Source: Macrostomum hystrix (lineage: Eukaryota > Animalia > Platyhelminthes). From it: a DNA stretch of 64,000 bases. Of this stretch, positions 62,520 to 64,000 are shown piece after piece. Both the position numbers and the translations under genes were made by a program. The stretch covers positions 13,392,001 to 13,456,000 of the forward strand of contig CATNEN010000003.1 of the NCBI GenBank assembly GCA_950097015.1. The letters are read 5' to 3'. The notes below the pieces were generated by a model, which saw only the letters and a list, made by a program, of their open reading frames with translations, was not told the origin of the DNA and searched no databases. Within the stretch, counting starts at the first letter, position 1. Each line of letters starts with the position of its first letter.

Positions 62520-62760
62520 AGTAGCCCTGCACGAGTGAGTTGTAAACACACGACCTAAAGGTCGGGGGTTCGATTCCTGACTCCACTGGAATAATATGTG
62601 TCCTTTAGCAAGGCACTTAACTCTGTATTTCTTCAGTTTACTTAGCTGTTAAATGAGTATCAGAAATATCTGCCAGGGTAATCAAGGGTGGGTGTGGCAT
62701 CTATTCAGTCCATGGACTGAATAGTCATATTCAGCAGGCAGCATTCAGATGCATATCTAG
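62520..62760 (+). mobile_element. tRNA-derived CORE-like SINE family B
   Basis: B box ggttcgattcc, CORE-like gtgtcctttagcaaggcacttaac...tcagtttacttagctgttaaatg, then gggtgtggc and the palindrome cagtccatggactg. Confidence 0.75.
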
Positions 62761-64000
62761 CACGACTGAGCTTTACTGAAAACAAGAAAATACTGATACT
62801 AAAGGGTGCCAAACCAGATTATGTTGTGGGCAAAAGAAATGAGAAATCTTATTATTCAGTGTTTCTTAAATAACCTAAATAACCTATTCTTTAATAAGGT
62901 ATTGAATTGATCAACTATAAACTATTTTTTTCATAACTTTATTTCCCATAGTCAAGATTATTTCAATTATGCACAGAAATTTGTGTGTGCATTGGTGTTG
63001 TCAAGCTAATTTGACATGTATAGTTGGTGTGCACATGTCTTAATATTTAATTCTTGGCATAGTATAGCACCTGGTATAGTGTTCAGGTGAGTATCATGCA
63101 TGTGTAGCACTAAAGATTAATAGTAACAAGCAAATTAATTACGTTCTAGATAAGTGAAATTTTTATTTGTCTAATTGTCTAATTATCTAGCTTTTAAGTT
63201 TGTTAAATTTTCAAATCTGCAAAACAAACATATCTTTAGTATGCACTCTACCCTTTCAGTTTTTTGTCATGTCTAACATGATCCAGAAAATGGAGAGATT
63301 CAAATTCTAAGAATGTAAAGTATAAGCTAATAGGATTTCCAATATTTTTAACTAGGTTGAAGTCTATTATTGCATTTGCACTCATCTCTTATTTTGTATT
63401 GTTATTTTAATTTGAATTTTTTAGTTGTATGCTAGAATTTTATAAATTAATAACAACACATAAATTTAGCAAATATTTTAAACAATGATGCATCAAACAA
63501 AAAAGAACATTAAGAAAAAGAACATTTATAAGTAAGATTTATATACATATACAGATTTAGTTTAAAAATGCAGTATTGGGTTTGTTTAACCTAGTTTTCA
63601 AGATTTAAATAATGCTGCAAATTTTCTGTGTCACATGTGCTTGTGCACACCAAATACTTGTAGCTATACAATTTGTCTATACACACCAGGTTGTAACATT
63701 TTTGTATGCCAACTTAATTTTTATCTGTACAAATATCCCCCAAGTATATTCCAACAGCCATTTAAGAGCCAAATGTATGCCAAACTAGTTCAGCATACAG
63801 GCCATCCTATGGACAATGCTTATGAATTAATGTATATTTAGGTAATCCCTGATATCATAGGCCTACTTAATAAATTGTCAAGGACATACACTGGAATCGT
63901 ACTGCAATTTTTGGAGTCGTTCATGCCCTCAAAATGCACACTCACTCAAACAATGCAGCATAATCCTAACTATAATATTATAATTGACAAGTAGACCAAT

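Overview
Eukaryotic (metazoan) genomic DNA: AT-rich and intron-rich, densely filled with minisatellites and tRNA-derived SINEs. The style resembles a free-living flatworm such as Macrostomum, but that is inference only. Manual splicing with phase checks supports eight protein-coding genes: (1) a secreted WSC+PAN/Apple protein (2046-2791, +); (2) a 15-exon TTC41-like DUF4062/STAND-NTPase/TPR gene (3578-17940, -); (3) an atypical class-A GPCR lacking the DRY motif, nested antisense in a TTC41 intron (8134-9511, +); (4) a RUSC-like RUN-domain gene with no SH3 domain (20575-29113, +); (5) a signal-less TULIP/Der p 7-like protein (32376-33545, -); (6) a membrane mucin (36833-41322, +); (7) an intronless PCGF/BMI1-like Polycomb gene (45124-45921, -); (8) a BMPR2/wit-like type II receptor that looks kinase-dead and appears to lack a ligand-binding ectodomain (55094-61948, -). 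The strongest leads are this receptor pseudokinase; intronic minisatellites whose units copy the host intron's own 3' splice site (about 80 tandem CTAAC-N11-CAG|GTGT units in one intron); a SINE copy with an apparent 3' transduction bounded by a 12-bp direct repeat; and CORE-like SINEs.
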